Source of the DNA: Escherichia phage A73
Direction: 5' to 3' (one strand)
Length of the DNA: 64,000 nt
Sequence record: OP778609
Part shown: piece after piece, positions 62,164 to 64,000 of the stretch
Layout of the letters: every line of letters starts with the position of its first letter
How positions within the stretch are numbered: position 1 is the first letter of the stretch
Notes under the pieces: generated by a model
What the model was told of the DNA's origin: nothing
Database searches by the model: none
The model's input: the letters and a program-made list of their open reading frames with translations, nothing else
Position numbers and translations under genes: made by a program

Positions 62164-62177
62164 GAAATCTCCCCTTA

Positions 62178-62696
62178 TTAAAATGCTTCGCCGTAATCTT
62201 CGTCTTCTTTAACTTCTTTTACTGGTCGCTTAAATTTGAAATCTTGACCCATGTATTCATACAGATAATCAATATTCAAAGACCATTCTTGCTTACTTCT
62301 TTGTCGCCATAAACTAAATTCTTCTTTCAAATAATCAATCGCCTGATCACGAGTGATGTTGTTAACCTTCATGAATTGACGAATTGCCCTTTCAAGGTGT
62401 CCATTCTTTTGTGCTAACCCAGGATGCATGAATTCATGACAAGGTGGGCAAAGACACATAAGGCCGACAAGTTTAACCTCTCCATTTTCAAAAGTCCACT
62501 CTTCATGACATTCTACCGCATGTTTTCTTCCATTACCTCCCTGACCGTTACATATCTGACAATGCCAGTTGTGCTCTGCATAACTTTTCTTGCGGATCTT
62601 ATCCCATTGGGACTGAGTAAGATATGAACGTAAATTGTTATTCCATGCTGTCTGTGGGATTATGCAAATTTTATGTTTTATATCTACCATTTTCAT
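62178..62696 (-). CDS. HNH-like zinc-finger nuclease (172 aa)
   Basis: CQICNG..HAVECHEEW..CLCPPCHEF. Confidence 0.45.
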   Translation of the reverse strand: MKMVDIKHKICIIPQTAWNNNLRSYLTQSQWDKIRKKSYAEHNWHCQICNGQGGNGRKHAVECHEEWTFENGEVKLVGLMCLCPPCHEFMHPGLAQKNGHLERAIRQFMKVNNITRDQAIDYLKEEFSLWRQRSKQEWSLNIDYLYEYMGQDFKFKRPVKEVKEDEDYGEAF

Positions 62697-63202
62697 TTTC
62701 CTCTAAAGTTGCCTTCCAGTTCAGGGTATTTTTCATTTTTTAGATCGAGGTAAGCTTGTTTTGCTTCCTCTTCTGTTTTGCAATACTTCACGTACTCTCG
62801 ACCACCCCTGTTAAGTCTTGCTTGCCAGCAATTACTCTTTTTATGCCAACGATAACCTTTACTCAGTGACCTGTTTACGTTGTTTGCAGATCTATCGACT
62901 TCTCGCAGATTCCAACCTGCATTATTTTGTCTATTCCCGTCTATGTGATCAATATCTCCAAGAGGCCAATACCCATTAAGAATGAAAAACACAACTCTAT
63001 GCGCCCTATAAGTTTTGTCATTAAGATTCCCGTAAAAATAATTACGATCTCCTTTCTTACATGTTGTGAAGGCGGGATCTCCTATCTCAGACCTTATTCT
63101 CTTTATCTTCCAACGAAGACCTGTATAACTTGACTCATCAACCCCCAGCGATAACTTTATATTTTCAAGTTCCTCCTCGGTTGGGACTCTAACTTTTGTC
63201 AT
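62693..63202 (-). CDS. HNH homing endonuclease with AP2-like DNA-binding domain
   Basis: HNH core LGDIDHIDGNRQNNAGWNLR; AP2-like GYRWHKKSNCWQARL. Confidence 0.75.
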   Translation of the reverse strand: MTKVRVPTEEELENIKLSLGVDESSYTGLRWKIKRIRSEIGDPAFTTCKKGDRNYFYGNLNDKTYRAHRVVFFILNGYWPLGDIDHIDGNRQNNAGWNLREVDRSANNVNRSLSKGYRWHKKSNCWQARLNRGGREYVKYCKTEEEAKQAYLDLKNEKYPELEGNFRGK

Positions 63203-63754
63203 TTAATATGCCTCACATTTACCAATCATATTCATAGCTTCAGAAACATCGATAATCATATCGGTTGCTTCGTCCCAAGCTTTCCCCAAGAGATTCTCAC
63301 CATACCAGAAACTTTCATCATCTACCATAGGGTGATTCTCATCCATACCGATCCCCCATATACGATCTCTCGGAGAAGCCTCTACAAACTTTAAACCCTT
63401 TTTACGGTAACCTACCGCAAGTTCACGGAGATTACCATTATCACACATACGACTATACACTAAACGGGTTACAATGTTAAATTTATTTTCATCCCAAACT
63501 GCCTGATCAAAATCCTTAACTTTACGACCTAGCCTTTTAGCACCTTGTGGAGTTACAGATTTAAGGATTCTTTCCGCTGAAGCTTTGTCACCGAAAAGCA
63601 TAGCCTTTTCATACATCATGTAATGCTCACCTGTGTGGAAATAAACCCCTTTCATCTTCTGGTCGAAGTTTGAAAACGGAGAGATCTCCTGGTAATGATT
63701 ACTAAAAACATCACGAAAAGAATAAAAGAACACATGTTTATCAGTGACTCGCAT
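63203..63754 (-). CDS. NADAR-domain (YbiA-like) protein
   Basis: HVFFYSFRDVFSNHYQ..FHTGEHYMMYEKAMLFGD..RIWGIGMDENH; ATG 63754 preceded by TAGGAG; track ORF extends to GTG 63847. Confidence 0.6.
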   Translation of the reverse strand: MRVTDKHVFFYSFRDVFSNHYQEISPFSNFDQKMKGVYFHTGEHYMMYEKAMLFGDKASAERILKSVTPQGAKRLGRKVKDFDQAVWDENKFNIVTRLVYSRMCDNGNLRELAVGYRKKGLKFVEASPRDRIWGIGMDENHPMVDDESFWYGENLLGKAWDEATDMIIDVSEAMNMIGKCEAY

Positions 63755-63894
63755 AAAAACTCCTATAGATCTAATGCAGATATTGAAATCAAGAATAGCA
63801 CTACCGAAAGTAATCCGTCCGGCGTACTGAAAAATCCAATCCAGCACGCTCTTGTGAACAGGTAGAATGCCAGTATTAAAACGATAACCCCTAA

Positions 63895-63999
63895 GAATGT
63901 TTCGATTTTTCTAACTCCCGAGCCATAATCTTCGTAATGTCAGCAAACGCAACATAAGCATGTTTGTAACAACCTACATCAACATTGAGAGACTTGATC
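63895..63999 (-). CDS. 3' end of an upstream gene (partial, continues beyond window)
   Basis: open frame entering from window edge; about 35 codons to TAG stop. Confidence 0.3.
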
Positions 64000-64000
64000 T

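Overview
The window reads as about 64 kb of a large virulent dsDNA phage genome, T5-like (Demerecviridae-like) by gene content; this is inferred from motifs only, with no database search run. Two convergent transcription blocks are separated by a 1.8 kb repeat-rich non-coding region (21.9-23.7 kb). Left block (1-21.9 kb, + strand): about 50 mostly small genes, nearly every one with its own sigma70-type promoter and many followed by a conserved GC-rich leader stem-loop, plus a MoxR-type AAA ATPase and VWA protein pair at the start. Right block (23.7-64 kb, - strand): three tandem paralogous RCC1-repeat-like proteins, a family of small acidic proteins, a tRNA-related module (CCA-adding enzyme, nucleotidyltransferase, PTH2-like protein), N6-adenine methyltransferase, ClpP-like protease, a full nucleotide-metabolism suite (NrdAB, NrdDG, glutaredoxin, ThyX, PhoH, dNMP kinase, HAD phosphatase), M15 endolysin, recombination nucleases, HNH endonucleases and a NADAR-domain protein. 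No tRNA, rRNA, CRISPR array or transposon was recognised. All functional calls are motif-based; coordinates of promoters, terminators and repeats are hand-counted and may be off by 1-2 nt. The strongest candidates for something new are the RCC1-like trio, the conserved leader hairpin system, and the periodic repeat array at 23.35-23.69 kb.
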